Below are positions 37,597 to 47,009 of a stretch of 64,000 bases of DNA, piece by piece (the stretch's first letter is position 1; each line of letters starts with the position of its first letter). The notes beneath the pieces are model-generated. The model made no database searches. It was given only the letters and a program-made list of their open reading frames with translations, and was not told the DNA's origin. This DNA comes from Deltaproteobacteria bacterium (GTDB lineage: Bacteria; Myxococcota; Kuafuiibacteriia; Kuafuiibacteriales; Kuafuiibacteriaceae): assembly GCA_040218735.1 (NCBI GenBank), contig JAVJQW010000048.1:1-64000 (forward strand), given 5' to 3'. Position numbers and translations under genes: made by a program.

Positions 37597-38559
37597 ATGA
37601 CCGCACCTGCACAGACTCCTCTTGATGTCGTATCGGCCGCCGTGGCTCGAAGGAGAGCCACGGCACCGGGTTTTCGGCTCACGGCCCATCGCTGGGTGAA
37701 CGGCCCGGGCGACGGAGCGCCCGCCGGCATCTCCGTCGATCGCTACGGCGACGCGGTCGTCCTCAACGTCCGCGCGGAGGTGCCGTCGACGGTGCGGGAG
37801 GCCTACGCGGCCGCCGTAGCGGCCGTCCTCGAGCCGCCGACGCTCGTCGAGAAGGTCTGGGCGCCGAGGCGGGCGGACAGCACGAGCCGGGTCCTCGTCG
37901 GGGACGCGGACGCGCCCGTCGACGTGTTCGAGGACGACGCCACCTTCCGCTGCCTGCTCGACGACGACATCCAGACCGGCCTCTTCCTCGACCACCGCGA
38001 CACGCGGCGCAGCGTTCGTGCCTTCTGCGGCGGCGCGGAGGTCCTCAACGCCTTTGCCTACACCTGCGCCTTCTCCGTGCACGCCGCGTTGGCGGGGGCG
38101 TCGCGGGTCACGAGTGTGGACGTCTCCCGCCGCGCGCTCGCCCGGGGCCGCGAGAACATGACGCTGAGTGGGCTGTCGCCGGACGATCACCGTTGGTTCG
38201 ACGACGACGTCCTCGAACACCTCGCGCGCGGCGGGGCCGACTACGACGTGATCGTCCTCGACCCGCCGCTCTACGGCCGCACGAAGAAGAAGCGCTTTGC
38301 CCTCCTCAAGGACCTGGATCGCCTCGCGGAGGGCGCGATCCGGCGGCTACGGCCGGGCGGCCGCCTCGTGTTCTCCACCCACGCGCTGGACCTCGACAGC
38401 GGGCGGCTGCGGCGCGCGGTCGAGCGGGCCGGGGCGGGGCGGCGGGTTCGGGTGCTCGAGACCCTGGGCCTGCCGGCCTGGGACCACCCCGTGGCGCCCC
38501 GGGACGTCGACGGAGACCGCGGAGACTACCTGCATACGCTTGTGCTCGGCGTCGACTGA
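37597..38559 (+). CDS. class I SAM-dependent rRNA methyltransferase (RlmI/RlmK-like)
   Basis: VDRYGD, TGLFLDHR, VLNAFAYTCAFS, VDVS, DVIVLDPP. Confidence 0.85.
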   Translation: MTAPAQTPLDVVSAAVARRRATAPGFRLTAHRWVNGPGDGAPAGISVDRYGDAVVLNVRAEVPSTVREAYAAAVAAVLEPPTLVEKVWAPRRADSTSRVLVGDADAPVDVFEDDATFRCLLDDDIQTGLFLDHRDTRRSVRAFCGGAEVLNAFAYTCAFSVHAALAGASRVTSVDVSRRALARGRENMTLSGLSPDDHRWFDDDVLEHLARGGADYDVIVLDPPLYGRTKKKRFALLKDLDRLAEGAIRRLRPGGRLVFSTHALDLDSGRLRRAVERAGAGRRVRVLETLGLPAWDHPVAPRDVDGDRGDYLHTLVLGVD

Positions 38560-38577
38560 AAGTAGACCCTCAAGGCG

Positions 38578-39600
38578 GTGGATCAGCAGGGCGCGCTGGA
38601 GCAGCAGGCACTCGAGGAGCTCCGTCGGGGAGACCTCCGGGGGGCGCACCGGACCCTCAACACGCTGCTGCAGTTCCGTCCGTCGGACGCTGCCCTCCGC
38701 CGCCGCATCGCGCAGGTCGAGCAGCTCGTCCGGCAGCGCGAAGACGCGCAGGCGCGCATCCAAGCCGAACCGCTCCGCTACGCGCACGCGTACATCCAAG
38801 CCGGGCGCCTCGCGGAAGGTCTTCAGCTCCTTCGCGCTGCGCTCGCCCGCGACCCGAACAACGCGCGCCTTCGAGAGCTCGCGCTCCAGGTCGCGCGTCG
38901 GCTGCGCGAGCAGGTCCAGACCGGGGCGCAGACTCCGGTTCAGGCCCCGGCGGCCGACCCGCGCGCCGCGGAACAGCAGCGCGCCGAGGCCGAGCGTCGC
39001 GCCGAAGCCGAGCGCGCCGCCGCGCTCCAGCGCGCCGAGGCCGAGCGCCGCGCCGAAGCCGAGCGCCAGGAGGCCGCACGCCGCGCCGAGGCGCAGCGGT
39101 TGGAAGCCGAGCGCCGCGAAGTCCAGCGCCTCGAAGCCGAGCGCCAGCGTCGCGCGGAGGCGGAGCGGCGGGAGGCCGAGCGTCGCGAAGCGGAGCGCCT
39201 CGAGAACGCGCGTCGTGAGGCGGAGCGCCAGGAGGCCGCGCGTCGCGATGCGGAGCGTCGTGAGGCGGAGCGCCGGGAAGCCGCACAACGCCAGGCCGAG
39301 CAAGCCGCCGAAGCCGCGCGCCGCGAGGCCGAGGACCGCGCGCACGCGCAACGCCTGGAGGCCGAGCGCCTCGCTGCGCAGCAGGCCGCCGCACCCATCT
39401 TCGGGGCGCCGCGCCAGGTCGACGACCTGGTGGGGGACGACGCCCAACGCCAGCTCGACGAGGAGGCCGCGCGTTTCCGTGCGGTCGCTTCGAGTGATGA
39501 AAAACCGCTCCCGCCGGCGCCGATTCGGATGAAGCGACTGGACGCGATCCTCTCGCGCATCCGCGCCCGCCGCCGCGGAGCAAGCCTATTGGAGAACTAA
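38578..39600 (+). CDS. TPR-like helical protein with a long E/A/R coiled-coil repeat region
   Basis: YAHAYIQAGRLAEGLQLLRAALARDPNN TPR-like unit, and (A/E)EAERR repeats at about 38980-39380. Confidence 0.7.
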   Translation: MDQQGALEQQALEELRRGDLRGAHRTLNTLLQFRPSDAALRRRIAQVEQLVRQREDAQARIQAEPLRYAHAYIQAGRLAEGLQLLRAALARDPNNARLRELALQVARRLREQVQTGAQTPVQAPAADPRAAEQQRAEAERRAEAERAAALQRAEAERRAEAERQEAARRAEAQRLEAERREVQRLEAERQRRAEAERREAERREAERLENARREAERQEAARRDAERREAERREAAQRQAEQAAEAARREAEDRAHAQRLEAERLAAQQAAAPIFGAPRQVDDLVGDDAQRQLDEEAARFRAVASSDEKPLPPAPIRMKRLDAILSRIRARRRGASLLEN

Positions 39601-39603
39601 CCG

Positions 39604-39714
39604 ATGCGTTCGAAGTCGAAGAAGAAGCGTGAACAGATGAAGCGGAAGATCCGCCTGAAGCAGCAGCGCAAGAAGCTGCGCAAGCGTCTCAACGAGATGA
39701 AGAAGGACGGGTAG
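39604..39714 (+). CDS. 36-aa Lys/Arg-rich small protein, possibly bS22/AURKAIP1-COX24-like
   Basis: MRSKSKKKREQMKRKIRLKQQRKKLRKRLNEMKKDG*. SD ggag at 39591, host-like codons. Below the ORF-track length cutoff. Confidence 0.65.
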   Translation: MRSKSKKKREQMKRKIRLKQQRKKLRKRLNEMKKDG

Positions 39715-39719
39715 CCGCG

Positions 39720-41150
39720 CTACCGCTGTGCGCGATCGAGGGGTTCGAGCGACCGCTCGTTCGCGCGCAGATAGATCTCCAAGAACTGCAGGCTGCCGTC
39801 CGTCACGCGCCCGCGTGAGCGCTTCCGACGGCCCCCCTTACGCGTGAGCCTCCGCTGCGCCAGGAACATCTGGCGAATGGACTCGTGCAGGCGCTTCGTC
39901 AGCGTGATGGGCGCGCCCGCCTCGCGGATGAGGTCGGAGAGCATGCGGCTCCGCTCGCCCGGGTTCACCTCCGGGTCGTCGAGGCGCTCCATCAACGGCG
40001 CGCAGAAGAGCGCGGCGAGCGCCACGGCGTCGTCGACGTCTTCGTCGCGCGCGATGATGTCGTCGAGCGCTTCGAGGTGCCGCAGGATGTAGGGCAGGCG
40101 GTCGTAGGTGCGCTCGCCGTCCGGGCCGATCACGGTGATGGGCTCCGGGTCCTCGATGAACGTCTGCACCATCGGGAACAGGATCTCGAGCACCCCCGTC
40201 TCGGCGAGGAGCCGCACCGTCTCCTGCGCGAACCCGATCCGGAGCAAACGCAGGCTCTCCTCCAGGATGCGCGCGGGCGCGCAGCGACGGAGGTCTTCCT
40301 TGTGCGCGATCATCGCCGCGAACAGGCCGTCGTCGATGACCAGGTTCGTCTTCGCCTTGAACCGAATCGCGCGGAGGATGCGGACCGGATCTTCGCGCAG
40401 GCGAATCTCCGGGTCGCCGATCATCCGCAGGTAGCGACGCTCGATGTCCGCGAGCCCGTCGACGTGGTCGATGATCTGTCCGGTCGTGACGTCGTAGAAG
40501 AGCCCGTTGATCGTGAAGTCGCGCCGCTGCGCGTCCTCCTCCTCCGACCCGAACACGTTGTCGCGCCGAATCAGGAGGTCCTGGTCCTCACCGGCGTCCT
40601 CGTCGGTGATGTTGGCGCGGAACGTCGAGACCTCGAGGATCTGGTTGCGACCGAAGTGCACGTGCACGAGGCGGAAGCGCCGCCCGATGATCCGGCTGTT
40701 GCGCTTGAAGATGCGTTTGACGTCCTCGGGCCGTGCGTCGGTGGCGATGTCGAAGTCCTTCGGCTCCAACCCGAGCAGCAGGTCGCGGACGCAGCCGCCG
40801 ACCAAGTAACCCTTGAACCCGGCGCGCTGCAGCCGCCGCACGACGGTCGCCGCGTTGCGGTCGATCATCCGCGAGGGGATCCGCGGTTTGCCGCCCTGCG
40901 GGCGCTTCGGCCTCTCCCTCTTCTCGCGCGCGGGGCCCATGCGCTCGACGACGATCGCGTCGTTGGCCTCGGCTTCGGCGACGGCGACGGCGCGGTGGAT
41001 GGCGTCGCGGGTCGCTGCGGATCGCTCACCGTTTGCGGCGCGCCGGTCCGACCAATCGCGGATCTCGCGGAGGACCCGCAGGGTTTCGATCATCCACTCC
41101 ATTTCGGGGCTGCTGCCCCCCGGGGTCGGGTCACGGGGAAGTTTTGTCAA
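39720..41150 (-). CDS. pcnB: poly(A) polymerase I
   Basis: LVGGCVRD, PKDFDIAT, PAP signature IIGRRFRLVHV, RRDFTIN, EDPVRILRA. Start uncertain (41150 or 41102). Confidence 0.9.
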   Translation of the reverse strand: MTKLPRDPTPGGSSPEMEWMIETLRVLREIRDWSDRRAANGERSAATRDAIHRAVAVAEAEANDAIVVERMGPAREKRERPKRPQGGKPRIPSRMIDRNAATVVRRLQRAGFKGYLVGGCVRDLLLGLEPKDFDIATDARPEDVKRIFKRNSRIIGRRFRLVHVHFGRNQILEVSTFRANITDEDAGEDQDLLIRRDNVFGSEEEDAQRRDFTINGLFYDVTTGQIIDHVDGLADIERRYLRMIGDPEIRLREDPVRILRAIRFKAKTNLVIDDGLFAAMIAHKEDLRRCAPARILEESLRLLRIGFAQETVRLLAETGVLEILFPMVQTFIEDPEPITVIGPDGERTYDRLPYILRHLEALDDIIARDEDVDDAVALAALFCAPLMERLDDPEVNPGERSRMLSDLIREAGAPITLTKRLHESIRQMFLAQRRLTRKGGRRKRSRGRVTDGSLQFLEIYLRANERSLEPLDRAQR

Positions 41151-43113
41151 GGGAAGGCGTCGTCGCCTCCGCGTTCTTGCTCGGGACGATCGAGCTGAGC
41201 ACCGAGGCGTCGAGCATCGGGTTCACGAGGTACGTGTACGAAGCCATCCCGGCCTCGAAGTGCTTCACCAGCGCGGCGCTCTCCTCGAACGTCATCGTCC
41301 CCGCGGACAGCGCCGCCTCGATGGACTCGCGCAGCTTCGCCATGATGTGGCGCTGGTCGTAGGACACGTACGAGAGCACGTCCTTCACCGTGTCGCCCTC
41401 GATGACGTGTTTGACCGCGTACCCGCGCTCCTCGTCGTAGCGGATGTGCACGGCGTTCACGTCTCCGAAGAGGTTGTGCAGATCGCCGAGCACCTCCTGG
41501 TACGCGCCGACCAGGAAGATGCCGAGCAGGTAGGGCTCCGCCGACGAGTAGTCGTGCAGCTCGAGCGCCGTCTTGACGTCGTGCAGCCCGATGAACTGGT
41601 CGACCTTGCCGTCGGAGTCACACGTCAGGTCCGCGAGGATCGCGCGCCGGGTGGGCTCCTCGCGGAGGCGATGGATCGGCATCACCGGGAACAGCGCCTT
41701 CACCGCCCACGAGTCGGGCACCGACTGGAACAGCGAGAAGTTGCAGAAGTACGTGTCCGCGAGCTGGCGCTCGAGGCTGTCGAGGTCCTCCGGCACGTAG
41801 TCCATGTCGCGCACGATGCGGCGGATCTTTCGCGCCGCCTGCCAGAACAGCGCTTCGACCGTCGCGCGGTCGCGAAGATCGAGGATGCCGTGCCGATACA
41901 TCGACAGCGCGTCCTCCTTGAGCTGCACGGCGTCGTGGTACGCCTCCTGGTAGTTCTTGCGGTTGATGTTCGCCGCGACCTCCCGCAGCTCTTCGAGCAG
42001 GTAGTGCTCGTCCGCGCCGGCGACCGGCGGCGGCTCGACGGACTCGGTGGTGTGGCCCAGGACGTCGAACACGAGCACCGTGTGGTGCGCGGTCAACGCG
42101 CGGCCCGACTCCGAGATGATCGTGGGGTGCGGGATGTCGTAGTCGTCGAGCGTGCTGCTGATCGCGTGCACGATGTCCGCCGCGTACTCCTCCAGCGAGT
42201 AGTTCTTCGACGCGTGGAAGTTCGTGCGCGAGCCGTCGTAGTCGACCGCGAGGCCACCGCCGACGTCCACGTACGCGAGCGGCGCCCCCATCTGGTAGAG
42301 GTCCACGAAGATGCGCGTCGCCTCCGCGAGCGCGTCCTTCACCGCGCGGATCGCCGTGATCTGCGAGCCGATGTGGAAGTGCATGCACACGAGGCGGTCG
42401 AGCATCCCCGCTTCGCTCAGGATCTCCACGGCGCGCACGAGCTCCCCCGCGGTGAGCCCGAACTTCGAGCGGTCGCCGCCCGACTCCGCCCACTTGCCGC
42501 TGCCCTTGCTGGAGAGCTTGCAGCGCACGCCGATGTTCGGCGAAAGACCGAGGCGCTGCGACGCGTCGATGATCATCGCGAGCTCCTGGAAGCGGTCGAC
42601 GATGATCATCGTGCGAATGCCGAGGCGCTGCGCGAGGAGCGCGGTCTCGATGTACGCGACGTCCTTGTAGCCGTTGCAGACGATGATGCCCTCCCGGCGC
42701 TGCATCATCGCGATCGCGACGAGCAGCTCCGGCTTGCTACCGGCCTCCAGCCCGACGCCGTGCTGCTCGCCGAAGCCGATCAGCTCTTCGACGACGTGCC
42801 GCTGCTGGTTCACCTTGATCGGCATGACCAGCTGGTAGCGGCCGGTGTAGCCGTACTCCTTGATCTTCGAAGCGAACGCGTCGTGAATCTCGCCGACGCG
42901 CCGCGCGAGGACGTCCGAGAACCGGAGCAGCAACGGGAGTGAGAGCCCGCGCCGGACGAGGTCGTCGACCACGCGTTTCATGTCGAGCGGCCCGCCGCCC
43001 GTGGCCTCCTTGGTGAGTTGGACGGTCCCCTCGTCACTCACCTCGAAGTAGCCGTTGCCCCACCCCTGGATGTTGTAGAGCTCGGCCGAATCTCGTGTGG
43101 TCCACGCCTTCAC
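41131..43113 (-). CDS. speA: biosynthetic arginine decarboxylase
   Basis: PIKVNQ (PLP Lys), EAGSKPE, HFHIGSQ, DVGGG, ESGRA, TCDSDG, GAYQEVLGDLHNLFG. Confidence 0.96.
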   Translation of the reverse strand: MKAWTTRDSAELYNIQGWGNGYFEVSDEGTVQLTKEATGGGPLDMKRVVDDLVRRGLSLPLLLRFSDVLARRVGEIHDAFASKIKEYGYTGRYQLVMPIKVNQQRHVVEELIGFGEQHGVGLEAGSKPELLVAIAMMQRREGIIVCNGYKDVAYIETALLAQRLGIRTMIIVDRFQELAMIIDASQRLGLSPNIGVRCKLSSKGSGKWAESGGDRSKFGLTAGELVRAVEILSEAGMLDRLVCMHFHIGSQITAIRAVKDALAEATRIFVDLYQMGAPLAYVDVGGGLAVDYDGSRTNFHASKNYSLEEYAADIVHAISSTLDDYDIPHPTIISESGRALTAHHTVLVFDVLGHTTESVEPPPVAGADEHYLLEELREVAANINRKNYQEAYHDAVQLKEDALSMYRHGILDLRDRATVEALFWQAARKIRRIVRDMDYVPEDLDSLERQLADTYFCNFSLFQSVPDSWAVKALFPVMPIHRLREEPTRRAILADLTCDSDGKVDQFIGLHDVKTALELHDYSSAEPYLLGIFLVGAYQEVLGDLHNLFGDVNAVHIRYDEERGYAVKHVIEGDTVKDVLSYVSYDQRHIMAKLRESIEAALSAGTMTFEESAALVKHFEAGMASYTYLVNPMLDASVLSSIVPSKNAEATTPSLDKTSP

Positions 43114-43203
43114 GCGCCCGATCTAGCGCCGTTCAGTGTGCCAATCCACCCGAATGTGGCTCGAACTTGCGGCCGGCCCCCCCGTTCGGGCAAATTTCAC
43201 AGC

Positions 43204-45492
43204 GTGTCGGAGCGTCCCTCGCAGGGCGGATTGCGGTGGCAGCGCCCGGGCCGCTTCCTCCGGGATCTCAACATCATCGCGCTGCTGTGTGTCATCGCCG
43301 CAGCGGGCGCGCTCCTGCTCCTGCCGATCTCCGACGACGGCCTCCTCGGGCTCCCGCAGCTCGAGGTGGGGGATCTGTCCCCGCGGACGATCAAGAGTCC
43401 CCAGGCGTTCGTCGTCCCGAACCTGGACGCGACCGAACAGCAACGCCGCGCGGTCGTTCGTAAGATCCGCCCGGTCTACGACCAGCGCGTCTGGCTCGGG
43501 GAGGACGCCAAGCGTCGCCTCGAGGACGCGTTCGACGAGGGGCGCCGCCACAAGGACGACCCCGAGGAGACCATCGAGGAGCGGGCGCGTCTGTTCATGC
43601 TCGGACTCGGCGTCGCCGTCGACGAAGAAGCCCTGACGCCCCTCCTCGCCGCCGGAAACCAGGAGGAGCTGCGCGACGCGACCATCATGGTCGTCCAGAC
43701 GATCTACGAGCAGCGGATCGTCGAGGACAAACGCTTCCTCGATCTGCAGAACCCTGCGCGCGGTTTCACGCTCCGCATGGTGAACGAGGACGGGGAGATC
43801 GCGCGGACCGAGTCGTTCTTCAACCTCGGCTCGACGCTCGGCCTCGACCAGGCGCGTTCGGAGATCGACGCCCTCGTCTCCAAGGAGCTGTCCCGCCTCG
43901 AGCCCAAGTACCGGCGGGGCGTCGCGCAGCTCGCGAAGAAGCTCCTGCGCCCGAACCTCGTGCCGAACCAGGCGGAGACCAACCGCCAGAAGCTCGACGC
44001 CGAGCGATCGGTGAAGACGGTCTCCATCTCGATCGCCCCCGGCGAGACCGTGCTCCGCGAGGGCGAGCGCGTGTCGAAGCAGGACCTCCAGATCCTGCAG
44101 GGCATCGAGAAGGAGCTGCGTGCGCAGTCGCGTCTGCAGGCCGCGATCGGGAGCGCGTTGCTCGTCGTTCTGCTCGTGGGCTTCGCGTACCGCTACGCGT
44201 CGCGCAGCTTCCTGCCCGCGAAGCCGTCGCACCGTGACCTCACGTTCATGGCCACCGCCTTCATCGTGATGATGTTGGTGTTCTGGGCGGGCTACAAACT
44301 CGCGCTCCCGCTCGCCGAGGCGCTCCCGGTGGCTAAGCCGACCGACTTCCGTTTCGTCGTCCCCGTCGCGCTCGGCGCGCTCGCGGTGCGGCTGATCGTG
44401 GGCTGGGAGGCGGCCCTCGCGTTCACCGCGGTGATGGGGGTGATCGCCGGCTGGATGATGGACACCAGCCTCGGTTACGCCGCGTACACGATCGCCGGCT
44501 CACTCGCGGCCGCGTCGGTGCCCGACCACACGACATGGCGCGTGGCGATCCTCCGCGCATCGACGCGGGCGGGACTCACGCAAGCCAGCTTGCTCGCAGC
44601 GCTGCTGCTGATCGAGTCGTCGTGGTCGATGGAGGCGTTGCTGTCGCAGCTGATGCTCGCCGGTCTCTCGGCGGCGTCGTGCCTCGTCCTGGCGTTCATC
44701 TGCCTGCCGGTGGTGGAGGTGATGTTCGGCTACACGACGTCGTTCCGGCTCGCGGACTTGTCGAACCTCAACCACCCGCTCCTGAGGGACCTGCTCGTGG
44801 AGGCGCCGGGGACGTACCACCACTCGATCATGGTCGGCACGCTGGCGCAGGAGGCGGCGAACGCGATCGGCGCCAACGCTCAGCTCGCATTGGTCGGCGG
44901 CTACTATCACGACGTCGGCAAGATCAAGAACCCGGAGGCGTTCGAGGAGAACGAGCGTCAGGCCTTCGGATCTTTGCCGCCGCTCGATGAGGCGCGAGAG
45001 CTGAAGATGCACGTCGCGGACGGCCTCGAGCTCGGTGCGAAGCACCGCCTGGGTGCGCCGGTCTTGGAGATCATCGCGCAGCACCACGGCACCGGCGTGG
45101 TGCGCAACGCGCACCAGCGCGCCGCCGAGCAGTACGGGAACGTGGACCGCGCGGACTTCGCGTACGCGGGGCCGCGGCCGCTGTCGCGCGAGTCGGCGAT
45201 CGTGATGCTCGCCGACACCGTCGAGGTCGCGACGCGGGACCTCGCGCAGGAGATCGGGTTGGTGCGGGAGACGATCGAGCAGCGGGTGCGGCAGGCCCTC
45301 GGTGAGGTCCTCGAGGACCGGCAGCTCGAGCAGTGTGAGCTCACGCTGCGTGACATCAGCGCGGTGAGCACGGCGTTTACGAACGTGCTCGAGGACCGCC
45401 TGCTCCGGCGTGGTCGTCCGCCGACGTTGTCGTCGCTGCCGGTCGTGTCCGGCGCGACGATGGTGCGTGCCCCGGGCGGCGAGCCGAACTGA
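43204..45492 (+). CDS. 7TM-HD (HDIG) membrane phosphohydrolase, PgpH-like cyclic-dinucleotide phosphodiesterase family
   Basis: N-terminal TM, extracellular domain, about 7 TM helices, APGTYHHS, YHDVGK, QHHGT, MLADTVE. Start placed at GTG 43204. Confidence 0.88.
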   Translation: MSERPSQGGLRWQRPGRFLRDLNIIALLCVIAAAGALLLLPISDDGLLGLPQLEVGDLSPRTIKSPQAFVVPNLDATEQQRRAVVRKIRPVYDQRVWLGEDAKRRLEDAFDEGRRHKDDPEETIEERARLFMLGLGVAVDEEALTPLLAAGNQEELRDATIMVVQTIYEQRIVEDKRFLDLQNPARGFTLRMVNEDGEIARTESFFNLGSTLGLDQARSEIDALVSKELSRLEPKYRRGVAQLAKKLLRPNLVPNQAETNRQKLDAERSVKTVSISIAPGETVLREGERVSKQDLQILQGIEKELRAQSRLQAAIGSALLVVLLVGFAYRYASRSFLPAKPSHRDLTFMATAFIVMMLVFWAGYKLALPLAEALPVAKPTDFRFVVPVALGALAVRLIVGWEAALAFTAVMGVIAGWMMDTSLGYAAYTIAGSLAAASVPDHTTWRVAILRASTRAGLTQASLLAALLLIESSWSMEALLSQLMLAGLSAASCLVLAFICLPVVEVMFGYTTSFRLADLSNLNHPLLRDLLVEAPGTYHHSIMVGTLAQEAANAIGANAQLALVGGYYHDVGKIKNPEAFEENERQAFGSLPPLDEARELKMHVADGLELGAKHRLGAPVLEIIAQHHGTGVVRNAHQRAAEQYGNVDRADFAYAGPRPLSRESAIVMLADTVEVATRDLAQEIGLVRETIEQRVRQALGEVLEDRQLEQCELTLRDISAVSTAFTNVLEDRLLRRGRPPTLSSLPVVSGATMVRAPGGEPN

Positions 45493-45929
45493 TGCCGGTC
45501 GACTTCCTGAGACGCCGACGCGCTGGCGCACGCGGCGGCGACGCCAAGGCGGTGAAGCGCGCCGTGCTCGCGACGCTCGAAGCCGAGGACGCGGTGGGGC
45601 GGGACGTTTCGGTGCTCCTCACCGACGACGCCGAGATCCACGAGCTCAACCGAAACTTCCGCGGGGTGGACAAACCGACGGACGTGCTCGCCTTCAGCCT
45701 CGACGAAGGCGAGTACGGGTCGCTGGACGCGTCGCTCGGCGACGTGATCATCAGCGTCGAGCGCGCCAAGAAGCAGGCGGGCTCCCGACGCGTGACCCTC
45801 GACTCCGAGCTCGAGCTCCTCGCCGTGCACGGGACGCTCCACCTCCTCGGTCACGACCACGCGGAGCCGGAAGAGGCGAAGCGGATGCGGAGCCGAACCC
45901 GCGCGATTCGTCGGGCCCTCGCGAAGTGA
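45492..45929 (+). CDS. ybeY: rRNA maturation endoribonuclease YbeY
   Basis: LNRNFRGVDKPTDVLAF, LGDVIIS, HGTLHLLGHDH. Confidence 0.95.
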   Translation: MPVDFLRRRRAGARGGDAKAVKRAVLATLEAEDAVGRDVSVLLTDDAEIHELNRNFRGVDKPTDVLAFSLDEGEYGSLDASLGDVIISVERAKKQAGSRRVTLDSELELLAVHGTLHLLGHDHAEPEEAKRMRSRTRAIRRALAK

Positions 45930-47008
45930 GCGCGCAAGTCAGGTTGCGCATCGAGTCGCTCTCCGATCGGGGGCGGGTCGCGATCAAACACACGCTCGGG
46001 CTCAGTGACGAAGAGCTCCAGCGGATGAAGCTGCCGTTCGAGGCGCAAGCTGCGTTGACGTCCGAACGGCGGACACGGTTCGAGCAGGCGGCGTCGGTTC
46101 ACACGGAGGAGGCTCGTGTGAAGTACGACCTCTGTACGAAGCACACCCACCTCGCGAAGGACCGGACGTGTTCGCGGTGTAAGGAGCGGACCTGCGCGGC
46201 GTGCGTCGAGCTCACCGAAGCGGGGGTCTGTCCCGCGTGTACGAAGAAGCTCCGACGCAGCGGCACGTTTCGCACGGTGCGGATTACGGTGCTCTTCGTG
46301 ATCTTCGCGTTGGTCGCCCTGAGCACCTACGCGCAGCGCCAGGCGATCCGAAGCTGGCAGCGCCCGGTCAGGGTCGTCATCGTGCCGCTCGCGTACGATC
46401 AGGACGCGGAGACGATCGCGTACGCGAAGTCGGTGCCGGAGACGACCTACGCTCCCGTCGTCGCGTTCCTGCAGGCGGAGGCGGAGCGTTACGGGGTGAC
46501 GACGTCGCCGATCGTCACCGTCGAGGTCGACCGCACGGTGTCGGAGCGACCGCCGCTTCCGCCCGACGAACCGAGCATCATCGACGCGATCGTCTTTTCG
46601 CTGCGGCTGCGGTGGTACGCGATGGGGCTCGACACGGACGCGGACATCCGATTGTTCGTGCTGTACCACGCGCCGAGCGACGGCAAGTCGGTGCCGCACT
46701 CGATCGGCCTCGAGCGTGGCCACGTCGGCATCGTCCATGCGTTCGCGGGCGCCGACCTCGAACCGCACAACGCCGTCGTGCTCACCCACGAGCTCCTCCA
46801 CACCGCCGGCGCGACGGACAAGTACGACGAGCGCGGCGCCCCGATCTTTCCCGAGGGCTACGCGGACCCGTCCGCGCGTGTGCAGGTCCGCGCGGAGCTG
46901 ATGGCGATCTCGGTGCCGACCCCGCGTGGCCCGCGGCTCGCGCAGAACCTCCAAGAGTGCACCGTCGGTGCGGTGACGGCGGCGGAGATCGGATGGGTCA
47001 AGGAGTGA
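45926..47008 (+). CDS. membrane-anchored protein: cytoplasmic B-box-like Zn finger, one TM, and an external HEXXH zincin-like domain
   Basis: C-x2-H-x8-C-x2-C-x4-C-x2-C-x8-C-x2-C, hydrophobic helix, THELLHTAGATDKY. GTGA overlap with ybeY. Confidence 0.65.
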   Translation: MSAQVRLRIESLSDRGRVAIKHTLGLSDEELQRMKLPFEAQAALTSERRTRFEQAASVHTEEARVKYDLCTKHTHLAKDRTCSRCKERTCAACVELTEAGVCPACTKKLRRSGTFRTVRITVLFVIFALVALSTYAQRQAIRSWQRPVRVVIVPLAYDQDAETIAYAKSVPETTYAPVVAFLQAEAERYGVTTSPIVTVEVDRTVSERPPLPPDEPSIIDAIVFSLRLRWYAMGLDTDADIRLFVLYHAPSDGKSVPHSIGLERGHVGIVHAFAGADLEPHNAVVLTHELLHTAGATDKYDERGAPIFPEGYADPSARVQVRAELMAISVPTPRGPRLAQNLQECTVGAVTAAEIGWVKE

Positions 47009-47009
47009 G

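Noticed and set aside
38980-39380. Repetitive gaggccgagcgc-type DNA considered as a mobile or regulatory repeat
   Set aside because: Explained by the EAERR coiled-coil protein repeat, with synonymous variation between units.
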